DNA of 64,000 nt from Escherichia phage sutha: sequence record PV245934.1. One strand, given 5' to 3'. The notes beneath the pieces are model-generated. The model did no database searches. It was given only the letters and a program-made list of their open reading frames with translations, and was not told where the DNA came from. Position numbers and translations under genes: made by a program. This document shows positions 38,590 through 48,052 of the stretch, piece by piece. The first letter of the stretch is position 1. Every line of letters begins with the position of its first letter.

Positions 38590-39183
38590 TTATTTCAGAG
38601 AATTAATGTATTCCTGAACATCGGCAGAGGTAGTTTCAACCCCGGAAATATTACCATTAAAGGTTTCAACTCGAGCAAGGGTATCTTCAATATCAACCTT
38701 AGTCAGTGCTGCAATTTCAACTACATCATCGGCAGTACTAATTCCAAGGGCATTTGCCGCACGAGTTTCACGGATATATTCCAATTTAACTGCAAGTTCT
38801 TGACGAGCATCATCTAACTCAACTACTTTCTTGGCGATTTCAATTCGCATTTCAGCATAACCATCAGCTTTAGTAGTCAACTGCTCAGCTGTTCGACGAT
38901 ATAGTAAACCGAGCTTAGCATGCATTGTTACATCTTGACCTTCGGAAAGAAGTTTGCGAATTTCACGCTCTTTTGATTCGGCTTGTCGATTCTTTTCGAT
39001 AACAAGTTCACGAATACGTTTTTCTTCATTAATAGATTTAACAGAAGCAGTTTTTAGGTCTTTAATTTTATCAAGAAGTTTTGCTGCTGCAGCAGTATAC
39101 TGTTCTTCAACAGATAGATTTTTAGCCATAGCAGAACCAAGTTTAGTGCGAATAAACTCAACAATTTTCTTCAGTGTGTTCAT
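38590..39183 (-). CDS. coiled-coil protein, possibly PspA/IM30-like
   Basis: 197 aa, all-helical heptad-rich; loose resemblance to PspA; adjacent to three small membrane proteins. Confidence 0.35.
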   Translation of the reverse strand: MNTLKKIVEFIRTKLGSAMAKNLSVEEQYTAAAAKLLDKIKDLKTASVKSINEEKRIRELVIEKNRQAESKEREIRKLLSEGQDVTMHAKLGLLYRRTAEQLTTKADGYAEMRIEIAKKVVELDDARQELAVKLEYIRETRAANALGISTADDVVEIAALTKVDIEDTLARVETFNGNISGVETTSADVQEYINSLK

Positions 39184-39226
39184 AGTATTTCCTTAGGTTG
39201 ATTAAAAATTAAAATCTGTGGAAGAA

Positions 39227-39757
39227 TTATATCATGCTATTTAAGAGATGTAAACTATTTTTAATTTTACAAATTCGTTCAGCTTCTTCAACAGCGGCGG
39301 CGATAATGCTTTTAGCTATAGGAGTACTAATACTAGTAGCTTTTACACTTAACACGATTTCTTTATCTTTACCAGGCCAACCCCACGATTTTTCACCGTG
39401 AGTGCCTTTAATTACAGCAGACACCTCAAGTGAGCATCCATTATCATATGTTTTTACATTGACAACCCAAGGTTCACTTTTCTCAATCGGTTTCTCAATC
39501 GGTTTATCCCAGTAAATATTAAGAATACGTGGGACATCAAATTTGGCAGGACAAATCTTAACTGTAAGACCTTCGCTTTCTAGCCAATTAATAAGAGGGC
39601 GTTCATACAGGAGACGATGTGGGCTTGGGATTCGACAAGCCTTATGTCCGTTGCTTGCGGCTTCACTAAGCTGTTCTAATACCTGCTTTTGCATTATTGA
39701 TAAGATACCATCAAAAGATTTTTCGGAAGTTTCATTCAGTTCGGTATAAAGAGACAT
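39227..39757 (-). CDS. hypothetical protein (176 aa)
   Basis: Minus-strand ORF. Confidence 0.45.
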   Translation of the reverse strand: MSLYTELNETSEKSFDGILSIMQKQVLEQLSEAASNGHKACRIPSPHRLLYERPLINWLESEGLTVKICPAKFDVPRILNIYWDKPIEKPIEKSEPWVVNVKTYDNGCSLEVSAVIKGTHGEKSWGWPGKDKEIVLSVKATSISTPIAKSIIAAAVEEAERICKIKNSLHLLNSMI

Positions 39758-39812
39758 AACAGTTTCCTCAAATTATAGGCTCATAATATCTCAATCATGA
39801 GCCTATGTAAAC

Positions 39813-40076
39813 TTATTTCATATTATTAAAATATTCTTCTGCGATTTCGTCGTTATCATGGTAAACTTTAGAAGACAGTTTAACATAACCTTCAGCAGTG
39901 AACATGTTAATCACAACCTTTACAGTATACCACTGACCATCTTCATTACCCATTACTGCGTAAGTTTCAAACATCGGATGATCAGGACCGATAACTTTAA
40001 TATCATTCACTGTACGACCGAAATCTTCTGAAACGCATTTCATAAAGAAGTTGAACAGTTCGCCGTAATTATCCAT
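39813..40076 (-). CDS. hypothetical protein (87 aa; start moved to internal Met)
   Basis: Early promoter -10 at 40121-40126 lies inside the longer track ORF; GGAG SD precedes ATG at 40076. Confidence 0.4.
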   Translation of the reverse strand: MDNYGELFNFFMKCVSEDFGRTVNDIKVIGPDHPMFETYAVMGNEDGQWYTVKVVINMFTAEGYVKLSSKVYHDNDEIAEEYFNNMK

Positions 40077-40120
40077 TTCATTCTCCAAGTTGTTTTTCTG
40101 TATCAGTAGTTGATAGTTGT

Positions 40121-40150
40121 ATAGTACCATGGAAGAACGGGGATGTAAAC
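40121..40150 (-). promoter_or_regulatory. T4-type early promoter
   Basis: GTTTAC - 18 nt - TACTAT. Confidence 0.55.
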
Positions 40151-40288
40151 CGTTTTGTGAAAAAATTTTTTAAAAAGTTTTAGGGAATTCTAGGGCAGGG
40201 ATGGGCAATTAAAGGATAGGATAATATATTATAAAGGGTATAAACTAAATGATGCCTAGAGAGGTCCAGAAAGGCCTAGATATCAAAA

Positions 40289-40317
40289 AGCCCCAACCTT
40301 TCGGTCGGGGCTAAAAT
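40289..40317 (-). terminator. GNRA-loop hairpin terminator; copy 1 of 29-bp direct repeat
   Basis: AAAAAGCCCCAACCTTTCGGTCGGGGCTA; in minus-strand RNA forms AGCCCCGACC-GAAA-GGUUGGGGCU followed by U5; identical copy at 40840-40868. Confidence 0.6.
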
Positions 40318-40318
40318 G

Positions 40319-40792
40319 TTATTTGATTTGTTTAGCAGACCAAATGCGGTCTTTAATAATTTTTTGGATGTCTTCAACATACTCTAGGTCATGAGCATGT
40401 GGGTTGTCTTTGAAACTATAAGCACGGGCTAACTTTTGGCCTTCGGTTTTGATTACTAAAAGCTCTTTAAGGATAGCTTCATATTTAGCGATAATTCCTT
40501 TAACAATATTTTTTTCTTGTGCAGCTTTAGGATCTGCTTTAGGAGCAGGTTTACCGGAAGGTTTTTCGAAAGCCGCACCAGTAGCAACCAGGCTTTTCCA
40601 GGCGGTGGTAACATAGTTACCCACAAAGCCTTCAGCTCTCATATCGTCGTAGAACTTGTACCGGGATTCATCAGAAGCATCTTTATAAGAATATTTACCA
40701 GCTTTAATAGCAGCAGTTGCTACAGCGCGAACATCTGAAGCGGATGCTTCATTTAACGCCACTTCATTTAAAAATTGAGCATATGATTTCAT
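40319..40792 (-). CDS. CTS-bearing internal-protein-like protein
   Basis: 157 aa; N-terminus MKSYAQFLNEVALNE resembles IP capsid targeting sequence with two L-N-E protease sites; preceded by late promoter. Confidence 0.5.
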   Translation of the reverse strand: MKSYAQFLNEVALNEASASDVRAVATAAIKAGKYSYKDASDESRYKFYDDMRAEGFVGNYVTTAWKSLVATGAAFEKPSGKPAPKADPKAAQEKNIVKGIIAKYEAILKELLVIKTEGQKLARAYSFKDNPHAHDLEYVEDIQKIIKDRIWSAKQIK

Positions 40793-40831
40793 CTTATTTC
40801 CTGTTTTAATTCGTGATTTAATATACTACTA

Positions 40832-40839
40832 TATTTATA
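40832..40839 (-). promoter_or_regulatory. late promoter (TATAAATA) for CTS-bearing gene
   Basis: Minus-strand TATAAATA about 40 nt upstream of ATG at 40792. Confidence 0.5.
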
Positions 40840-40868
40840 CCAAAAAGCCCCAACCTTTCGGTCGGGGC
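40840..40868 (-). repeat. copy 2 of 29-bp hairpin direct repeat (terminator-like)
   Basis: Identical to 40289-40317. Confidence 0.6.
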
Positions 40869-40869
40869 T

Positions 40870-41150
40870 AAGCCTTGCGGCAACCTTGTCGGGGTTCCAC
40901 CTGCTAAGGCAAGTGTTTGTACGAAACGCCGGGATTCGAACCCGGTTATTAAGCAGTTGACGCTACTCAATATTTTTAAAAGGCCATATCTCGACCATAT
41001 CCGAACGTTCCGTCAAAAACGCTACTCGGCTTACGGCAAAGATATTTCCTCGAATCGATAATTCGGTGCGCCGTTTCAGCTGTGATAGTAAAGAACCAGA
41101 ACACAGTAAAACTGTGGGAGGAACTATACTCCAGGGAACATCAGTCCGAC
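40870..41150 (-). ncRNA. putative small stable RNA locus (T4 species 1/2-like), boundaries approximate
   Basis: Non-coding 280 bp downstream of tRNA cluster with tRNA-like T-arm (GGGTTCGAATCCCGG) and paired ends CGAAACG/CGTTTCG about 140 nt apart. Confidence 0.4.
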
Positions 41151-41153
41151 GAC

Positions 41154-41708
41154 TTACCGGTAGCGACCCGGTTTCTCATTTGGTATTTCAAATTGTGTAG
41201 ATTTAGTATCTAATTTTTTAACTATGGAACTTATGTCATGAAAGAAAAACCATTCACTATTTATATGGTCCTGATTATAAATGCTGTGCATATATTTTTC
41301 AAGTTCTACTGCATCCTGGGAATATCTAAATGATACTATTTTAAAACTTTTAAACGGTGAAAATGTATTTGCTGTTATAACTCTAACATCAGGTTCTATA
41401 CTTCTTCCTATTTTATAATAATTAGGATTTGTAGTATCTACCATTATGTATACGAAAGCCTGTCGATAGCTTTTTTCTATATCAAATTCATCTTTAAATT
41501 TCAAAAGATTTAGGGCGGCAGTCCTACAAAATACTTTCCATTTTGACAAGCGTTTGGCTTTAGTCATAGAAAAGAATTTTTTCTTATCTGTTATTTTAAG
41601 AAAAGCAACATTTTCAATTAGTTCTTGTGTTATTTCAAAATTACCATGGTATATTAATCCAGCTTTTATAGCCAAATTAATTTGGTCCCAGTCTACATCA
41701 CTTCTCAT
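41154..41708 (-). CDS. T5orf172/GIY-YIG-like domain protein
   Basis: 184 aa; C-terminal half has AFVYIMVDTTNPNYYKIGRSIEPDVRV... resembling T5orf172 (KIG-x-S/T) motif; sits between tRNA-Arg and stable RNA locus. Confidence 0.5.
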   Translation of the reverse strand: MRSDVDWDQINLAIKAGLIYHGNFEITQELIENVAFLKITDKKKFFSMTKAKRLSKWKVFCRTAALNLLKFKDEFDIEKSYRQAFVYIMVDTTNPNYYKIGRSIEPDVRVITANTFSPFKSFKIVSFRYSQDAVELEKYMHSIYNQDHINSEWFFFHDISSIVKKLDTKSTQFEIPNEKPGRYR

Positions 41709-41729
41709 AATATTATTCTCTCAATAATT

Positions 41730-41806
41730 TGGCCAGGGTGAAAGGATTCTAACCTTTAACCTGCGGTTTAGAGGACCGCTACTCTATACAATTGAGTTAC
41801 ACCCCG
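41730..41806 (-). tRNA. tRNA-Arg (anticodon UCU)
   Basis: Cloverleaf folded by hand: acceptor CGGGGTG/CACCCTG, anticodon loop CCTCTAA, T-arm AAAGG-TTAGAAT-CCTTT, CCA encoded. Confidence 0.8.
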
Positions 41807-41912
41807 TAATTAGTTCACAGCAATACCTACTCCAACAATCAAGATGTCTTCACACGAAATTAAGAGAAGAGTGATCAGTTCAACCCCTATAACCGCGTCA
41901 AGTAGATATTAA

Positions 41913-41928
41913 TGTGACAATTGTCACA
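41913..41928. promoter_or_regulatory. perfect 16-bp palindrome TGTGACAATTGTCACA (CRP-consensus-like TGTGA-N6-TCACA)
   Basis: Read directly between tRNA-Asn and tRNA-Arg; flanks AA...AA extend consensus. Confidence 0.35.
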
Positions 41929-41932
41929 AATT

Positions 41933-42007
41933 TGGCGGACGTGATAGGATTCGAACCTATAACCAATCGCTTAACAGGCGATCGCTCTGCCATTGAGCTA
42001 CACATCC
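41933..42007 (-). tRNA. tRNA-Asn (anticodon GUU)
   Basis: Acceptor GGATGTG/CACGTCC, D-arm GCTC-AATGGCA-GAGC, anticodon loop CTGTTAA, T-loop TTCGAAT, CCA encoded. Confidence 0.8.
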
Positions 42008-42011
42008 AAAT

Positions 42012-42098
42012 TGGTGGGGAGTGGTGGAGTCGAACCACCCGAGTCGCAATGACAATGGATTTACAGTCCACACCGCTACCTCTACGGGATAACTCCCC
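42012..42098 (-). tRNA. tRNA-Tyr (anticodon GUA)
   Basis: 87 nt with long variable arm; acceptor GGGGAGT/ACTCCCC, anticodon loop CTGTAAA, T-arm GGTGG-TTCGACT-CCACC, CCA encoded. Confidence 0.8.
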
Positions 42099-42107
42099 TA
42101 ATTAATT

Positions 42108-42184
42108 TGGTGACCCAGACCAGATTTGAACTGATAACCTTTCCCTTATGAGGGGACTGCTGCTAACCATTGAGCTACAGGGCC
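42108..42184 (-). tRNA. tRNA-Ile (anticodon CAU)
   Basis: Anticodon loop CTCATAA, T-loop TTCAAAT, CCA encoded; CAU assigned to Ile by analogy with T4 cluster (could be Met). Confidence 0.7.
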
Positions 42185-42185
42185 T

Positions 42186-42261
42186 TGGTGCTGATTGACG
42201 GAATCGAACCGCCGACGTCCTCATTACAAGTGAGGTGCTCTACCTACTGAGCTAAATCAGC
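42186..42261 (-). tRNA. tRNA-Thr (anticodon UGU)
   Basis: Acceptor GCTGATT/AATCAGC, anticodon loop CTTGTAA, CCA encoded. Confidence 0.85.
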
Positions 42262-42266
42262 AAAAC

Positions 42267-42356
42267 TGGCGGAGGCGATAGGATTTGAACCTATGAGTCG
42301 CCGGAGCGACTGCCGGTTTTCAAGACCGGTGCATTAAACCACTCTGCCACGCCTCC
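42267..42356 (-). tRNA. tRNA-Ser (anticodon UGA)
   Basis: 90 nt class II tRNA with long variable arm; anticodon loop CTTGAAA; CCA encoded. Confidence 0.85.
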
Positions 42357-42358
42357 AG

Positions 42359-42432
42359 TCTCCGCGGCAGGATTTGAACCTGCGACATTCTGCTCCCAAA
42401 GCAGACGCTCTACCAAACTGAGCTACACGGAG
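42359..42432 (-). tRNA. tRNA-Pro (anticodon UGG)
   Basis: Acceptor CTCCGTG/CGCGGAG, anticodon loop TTTGGGA, CCA not encoded. Confidence 0.8.
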
Positions 42433-42442
42433 TAAATTAAAT

Positions 42443-42516
<74 letters not shown>

Positions 42517-42521
42517 AAATT

Positions 42522-42608
42522 TGGTGCGAGAAGTGGGACTCGAACCCACAAGGAAATCATTCCGCAGCATTTTAAGTGCTGTGCCTTTACCAATTTGACC
42601 ATTCTCGC
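42522..42608 (-). tRNA. tRNA-Leu (anticodon UAA)
   Basis: 87 nt class II; anticodon loop CTTAAAA; CCA encoded. Confidence 0.85.
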
Positions 42609-42609
42609 G

Positions 42610-42682
42610 CTGGGAATAAAGGACTCGAACCTTTGCATCTAGCAGTCAAAGTGCTATGCCTTACCAACTTGGCTAATTCCCA
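42610..42682 (-). tRNA. tRNA-Gln (anticodon UUG)
   Basis: Acceptor TGGGAAT/ATTCCCA, anticodon loop CTTTGAC, CCA not encoded; first gene of cluster as in T4. Confidence 0.85.
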
Positions 42683-42779
42683 ATTATTAACAAAGGCTCT
42701 CAAGCAAGAACCCTTGATGATAGAGGGTATTAATCAGTGCGATATGAGTTAATAATAACAAATAATTCTTAAAGCATAT

Positions 42780-43073
42780 TTACCATTTATGATAATACAT
42801 GTTTACGATGCATTCAAGACCCAAAGGATTCTTGAAAATATCATATTCAAGAGGACCTTTTTCTGTTTCAATAAAGAAATCAAAGTTAACTGTGTTAAAT
42901 TTACGGTCTTCCTTAACTAATTTAACCTGAGAAGATGAACGGTCAATATAAACCTTTTCAACTTCAAAGTATGTTAAAATGCCATAATCATCAATCAAGG
43001 CTTTAGCCGCGTCTTGATCATATTTATATCCATTTTCAATGGATGATACTTTCGCGTAAAGAATCATTATCAA
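42780..43073 (-). CDS. hypothetical protein (97 aa)
   Basis: Minus-strand ORF. Confidence 0.45.
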   Translation of the reverse strand: MIMILYAKVSSIENGYKYDQDAAKALIDDYGILTYFEVEKVYIDRSSSQVKLVKEDRKFNTVNFDFFIETEKGPLEYDIFKNPLGLECIVNMYYHKW

Positions 43074-43450
43074 CCTTCATCAACAATAGTATGCGTATTG
43101 GCATTTACAATTTGCCACCAATCAAAGCGATTAGAACCATACATCAGTTTGTTTTCATTTTCTTTGATAATATCACGGAGTTCATCTTCAGTGGCGGCTT
43201 TCGCGATTAAATCAGCATATCCACCACGAGGATAATAATTATCACCTGCAAAAAGTAAAAAGTTTGGTTTAATGTTATTGAACTCTTCAAGAGTAATAAC
43301 TTTTCCTGACGGTTGAACAATCTCTACATATTTATATCCCAATTTTTGAGCAGCATCTACTGCTTCAAGCAAAGTATCATGAGCCCATCCAATTTGACAA
43401 CCTGGCTTTTCAGATGGATTAGCCTGATAATCCGCATACACTTTGTACAT
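43070..43450 (-). CDS. hypothetical protein (start placed at Met-14, 126 aa)
   Basis: ORF; AGGTGA SD before MYKVYADY...; longer track start would overlap upstream ORF. Confidence 0.45.
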   Translation of the reverse strand: MYKVYADYQANPSEKPGCQIGWAHDTLLEAVDAAQKLGYKYVEIVQPSGKVITLEEFNNIKPNFLLFAGDNYYPRGGYADLIAKAATEDELRDIIKENENKLMYGSNRFDWWQIVNANTHTIVDEG

Positions 43451-43451
43451 T

Positions 43452-43637
43452 CTATTCACCTTTAGAAATTTTATCCATAACGATAGCAATTAAACCAATT
43501 AAAAATGCTACTACAAGTGAAAACACATTTTCTGCTGTAGTTAATAATCCGCATATAAATCCAACAAACATTGAAAAACTAAAAGCGGAAGCAGAAATTG
43601 CAATAGCAACATTTCGAATTAATTCACAACGTTTCAT
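43452..43637 (-). CDS. small membrane protein (61 aa)
   Basis: Two hydrophobic segments; GAGGAG SD; directly downstream of early promoter. Confidence 0.45.
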   Translation of the reverse strand: MKRCELIRNVAIAISASAFSFSMFVGFICGLLTTAENVFSLVVAFLIGLIAIVMDKISKGE

Positions 43638-43665
43638 TTTATTCTCCTCAGTAGTTGATAGGGTA

Positions 43666-43695
43666 ATAATATCACTACCCTATCTAAAAGTAAAC
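43666..43695 (-). promoter_or_regulatory. T4-type early promoter embedded in palindrome (PeSL-like)
   Basis: GTTTAC - 18 nt - TATTAT; -10 flanked by ATAGGGTA...TACCCTAT. Confidence 0.55.
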
Positions 43696-43968
43696 TCATT
43701 TTAAATAAATTGCGTATTTTTTATAGCCACCAGGCTCGTGTCGAAGACCCTTATCATTAGCAAAACGCTCAATGTTGTTAATTTGATTCTGGTCAAGTTC
43801 AGAGATGTCAAACACGAAATAGTTACGTTTGTTACCAACTGTTACATAGTCAGTTAAATCAATACCATATAGGTAATTGATGTTATCAATCATAGTCTTG
43901 ACAGCTTTGCTAATTTTTACTTCTTCATTAAGAGCAGATTCAACGATAAACTCTTTAAATGTTTTCAT
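43696..43968 (-). CDS. internal protein I-like (CTS-bearing) protein
   Basis: 90 aa; N-terminus MKTFKEFIVESALNE; position upstream of 57B as T4 ipI. Confidence 0.6.
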   Translation of the reverse strand: MKTFKEFIVESALNEEVKISKAVKTMIDNINYLYGIDLTDYVTVGNKRNYFVFDISELDQNQINNIERFANDKGLRHEPGGYKKYAIYLK

Positions 43969-43998
43969 TTTATTTTCCTAATTAATTTTGATGAGGTA

Positions 43999-44028
43999 AT
44001 AGTATCACTACCTCATCAGTATGTAAAC
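43999..44028 (-). promoter_or_regulatory. T4-type early promoter embedded in 9-bp inverted repeat (PeSL-like)
   Basis: GTTTAC - 18 nt - TACTAT; -10 flanked by GATGAGGTA...TACCTCATC. Confidence 0.55.
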
Positions 44029-44040
44029 AACTTTGTGAAA

Positions 44041-44737
<697 letters not shown>

Positions 44738-44738
<1 letters not shown>

Positions 44739-45451
44739 TATAGTACCTTTAGTGTATTTTTAATTTTAGAAAAAAGTTCTTCAAGAGAACCATCGTTTGT
44801 AATTACTAAATCGCCATCACGAATTGGCAATCCAGCTTCTGTAATATGTGTATCATTGGATTTTTGACCAGGACGAACTACATGAATTACTGTAGCACCC
44901 ATCGCCCTAGCCGCATCCATTTCATGATCTTGACGAGTATCAGGAACGATATAGTAATCATAGCCTGAGTTAAATTTATCAAGATAATCTAAAGCAAATA
45001 ATTTTACCCAATACATGCGGTCGAAGTTATTAACAATCAAATCCGTACCTAGGGCTTGCATCAGACGACGGACTGACCATTGATCTTCAATATTATTTAT
45101 AACGTCAGCAATCTTGTTAAATGCTACGAAATTAACTGCGTCATCAAAAACAAACACACCTTTAATTGGGCTTTTACTATTAAGATAGCAAAATGCTTGT
45201 TCCATAATCGTAATTACTTCTAATTTAGTCAGATTTAAATTAGTTTCACGATCATAGTCAATTCCTTCAAACTCTTTACGAGTTAAGCAAGGATAGTCAG
45301 TGTTTGCTGCAAATACACCCCATGCATAAGCCAATGCATCCTTAATAGGACCAGCAAGTTGATATTTAACTGCAGAATAATTATTCATAATAAAATCTGC
45401 AGTAGTATCTTTTCCACTACGCTTTACACCACTTAAAAAGATTAATTTCAT
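44738..45451 (-). CDS. 1: deoxynucleoside monophosphate kinase (gene 1)
   Basis: 237 aa; P-loop GVKRSGKDT; synteny 57A-1-3-2-4. Confidence 0.9.
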
Positions 45452-45500
45452 ATGTTTCTCCTCAAATTTAGTTAAGATTATAACACATGAAACTGAAGCA

Positions 45501-46031
45501 TTAAACTTTTGCTATAATTTTTCCATCTTTTTCTACTTGAAAATACGTATAAGGAATCGTTGCTGTGCATACTAAGGCTGGGTCTGAATCTTCTGTGTAG
45601 CTAAATTCTACTTCAGACAGGTCAGAAACCCAGGGCTTATAAAAATTTATTGACATCACGATTTCAGTTTTACTATTATCTAAAATGTAAAGCGTAATGT
45701 ATTCAGGACCTGTTTTTTGGGCAGTATTTTCGCCTGTAAGATAGTTACTAGTTCCTAGCATCCATTCATACATTCCTATCCATGACTTAAGCTCTTCATC
45801 AACTATAAATCTCACGATGAGTGGGTCGTACTCAAATGTAACACCTGGACGTTGTGCTCGGCCTAGTCCAAACGGCCCAGTCACGGTATCAGTAACAGGT
45901 ATCCTAATTCCTGGAATAGGAACTGACTGAGCATTTAAAGTAAAAGCAGATGTAGTATTACTATGCGGTATTGATACTACAAAGTTAGTTGTATTTGCTT
46001 GGTTAAAAATTTGTTGCAATGCTTGCGACAT
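45501..46031 (-). CDS. 3: tail completion / sheath stabilizer gp3
   Basis: Track ORF is 203 aa; start placed at Met-28 (MSQALQQIF...) giving 176 aa as recalled for T4 gp3. Confidence 0.75.
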   Translation of the reverse strand: MSQALQQIFNQANTTNFVVSIPHSNTTSAFTLNAQSVPIPGIRIPVTDTVTGPFGLGRAQRPGVTFEYDPLIVRFIVDEELKSWIGMYEWMLGTSNYLTGENTAQKTGPEYITLYILDNSKTEIVMSINFYKPWVSDLSEVEFSYTEDSDPALVCTATIPYTYFQVEKDGKIIAKV

Positions 46032-46137
46032 ATATTCCTCATAATGCTTCATAAATGTTGGTGGTATAATGGGTCTAAGTCCCTTCCATTCAATTCCAAT
46101 TAGAACAAACAATAGAAAAGAATGGAAGATAATAGAA

Positions 46138-46962
46138 TTAGATATTTGACCAGACTTTGTTTGCAGAGAAACGTTTTCCTTTTGAAACGAACTGCTGAAG
46201 TGGCATTAACACAACGTTCGCCCAGTCTTTCGGGGCGATTTCAACAAGGCTACCCATAATATTACCAGGTATATATGCCTTAATCATTTGGTCTGCACCC
46301 CTAAATCCTTTCACTTGACTCCAATCAATTTTTAATTTCGTTTTATTAGTAATAGTAGGTGTATTCGAATATTGCTTTAAAAGCTCTTCTAGAAATTGCT
46401 GACGAGCTTTAGGTGGAATATAGTGCAAGTTCAATCCGTACATTAAATTATGTTTACCTAAACCGAGGTAAATTATCAAAGGAAATTTATCCCAGTAAGG
46501 AAGAGTTTCTTTGTGTTTAGCATCGTAAGCAAAAGCATATATTCGTCCCGGCTGCGGGCGAACAACTTTATGTCCTTTTACCTGCTTAATAGTTTCAGCA
46601 AACCACTTTCTGGTTTTATTATTAATTGCTGCACCTTCATTACGAATTTTATCGCGCAATGTTTGTCTGAATGAATTTATCATAAGCAGTTGTCTTTCTT
46701 GCTTATTGAGTTTATTCATTGGTTTTGATTCAAGCTTTTGAATCTTTTCAGCCGTTTTAATTCCTGAAGCATATTTTGACATTGCCGAAGTAAACGTAGA
46801 GTATTTGATTCCTCTTTCTTCAGCAAATTGCTTTCCTGTCATTCCTTTTGCTTTGGCCTTTCTGTATTCAAGACCTATTTGAATCCATTTCTTTTCGTTT
46901 AATGATTGCTTAACCTTTGGAACTTGGGGAGTGCTTTCATTAATTATTTGAAAAATAGCCAT
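46138..46962 (-). CDS. 2: DNA end protector protein gp2
   Basis: 274 aa; size and synteny match T4 gp2. Confidence 0.85.
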   Translation of the reverse strand: MAIFQIINESTPQVPKVKQSLNEKKWIQIGLEYRKAKAKGMTGKQFAEERGIKYSTFTSAMSKYASGIKTAEKIQKLESKPMNKLNKQERQLLMINSFRQTLRDKIRNEGAAINNKTRKWFAETIKQVKGHKVVRPQPGRIYAFAYDAKHKETLPYWDKFPLIIYLGLGKHNLMYGLNLHYIPPKARQQFLEELLKQYSNTPTITNKTKLKIDWSQVKGFRGADQMIKAYIPGNIMGSLVEIAPKDWANVVLMPLQQFVSKGKRFSANKVWSNI

Positions 46963-47414
46963 TATGCCCCCTTAAAGCCAAGAGCTCTTAATCCATCTTC
47001 TGTTAGAATTCTAAATTTTATTCCACGCTTTTCAGCTAAAGCTTGAGCTGCTTTCCATTTGTCAGTATTAACGGAATATGTATAAATTTCATTCATAAAT
47101 CTTTTCTTCGCTGCAGTTGTTAGATGTGCTGGTTTAACTGGTGGTTGTGTTTCTTTTTTAGGTTTTATTTCAATAAAAAATTCTTGCCCAGAAGAATCTT
47201 TCATCCAAATATCCATGAAGTATCTACGTTTTTTCCCTTCTGCATTACAAAAATAAGGAATTACTGCTGTTTCACTACCCCATGCAATAATTTCTGGATT
47301 TTTATCTAACCATTCAAAAAAGAATTTTTCCCAATTTGATCTATACGTAATTTTTTTAGGGTCACCTCTATATTTTGATATATTTTTAGGAACCCATTTT
47401 CCAGAATATGCCAT
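46962..47414 (-). CDS. 4: head completion protein gp4
   Basis: 150 aa; size and synteny; start coupled to gene 2. Confidence 0.85.
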   Translation of the reverse strand: MAYSGKWVPKNISKYRGDPKKITYRSNWEKFFFEWLDKNPEIIAWGSETAVIPYFCNAEGKKRRYFMDIWMKDSSGQEFFIEIKPKKETQPPVKPAHLTTAAKKRFMNEIYTYSVNTDKWKAAQALAEKRGIKFRILTEDGLRALGFKGA

Positions 47415-47425
47415 TGGATTCTCCT

Positions 47426-47433
47426 TATAAATA
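47426..47433 (+). promoter_or_regulatory. late promoter TATAAATA for gene 53
   Basis: Exact TATAAATA 29 nt upstream of gp53 ATG; GGAGGG SD follows. Confidence 0.7.
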
Positions 47434-47440
47434 GATAATA

Positions 47441-47448
47441 TATTTATA
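47441..47448 (-). promoter_or_regulatory. late promoter TATAAATA for gene 4 (divergent)
   Basis: Exact TATAAATA on minus strand 27 nt upstream of gp4 ATG. Confidence 0.65.
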
Positions 47449-47461
47449 AACAGGAGGGCCC

Positions 47462-48052
47462 ATGCTCTTTACATTTTTTGATCCGATTGAATATGCGGCC
47501 AAAACAGTGAATAAAAACGCGCCGACTATTCCTATGACAGATATTTTTAGAAACTATAAAGACTATTTTAAACGCGCTCTTGCGGGATACCGCTTACGTA
47601 CTTATTATATCAAAGGTTCACCACGCCCGGAAGAATTAGCAAATGCTATATATGGAAATCCGCAGTTGTATTGGGTTTTATTGATGTGTAATGATAATTA
47701 TGATCCGTATTATGGATGGATTACTTCGCAAGAAGCTGCTTATCAAGCATCTATACAAAAATACAAAAACGTAGGTGGAGACCAAATAGTATATCATGTG
47801 AATGAGAACGGTGAAAAATTCTATAATTTAATATCATACGATGATAATCCATATGTTTGGTATGACAAAGGCGATAAAGCTAGAAAATATCCTCAATATG
47901 AAGGAGCACTTGCTGCGGTCGATACGTATGAAGCTGCTGTTCTTGAAAATGAAAAACTTCGTCAAATAAAAATAATAGCAAAATCAGACATCAATTCATT
48001 TATGAACGACCTTATACGTATAATGGAGAAATCTTATGGAAATGATAAGTAA
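47462..48052 (+). CDS. 53: baseplate wedge protein gp53
   Basis: 196 aa; matches T4 gp53 length and synteny. Confidence 0.9.
   Translation: MLFTFFDPIEYAAKTVNKNAPTIPMTDIFRNYKDYFKRALAGYRLRTYYIKGSPRPEELANAIYGNPQLYWVLLMCNDNYDPYYGWITSQEAAYQASIQKYKNVGGDQIVYHVNENGEKFYNLISYDDNPYVWYDKGDKARKYPQYEGALAAVDTYEAAVLENEKLRQIKIIAKSDINSFMNDLIRIMEKSYGNDK

Noticed and set aside
41807-41932. Possible additional tRNA between tRNA-Arg and tRNA-Asn
   Set aside because: No T-loop (GTTCRANYC) or acceptor pairing could be folded; region holds only the TGTGA-N6-TCACA palindrome
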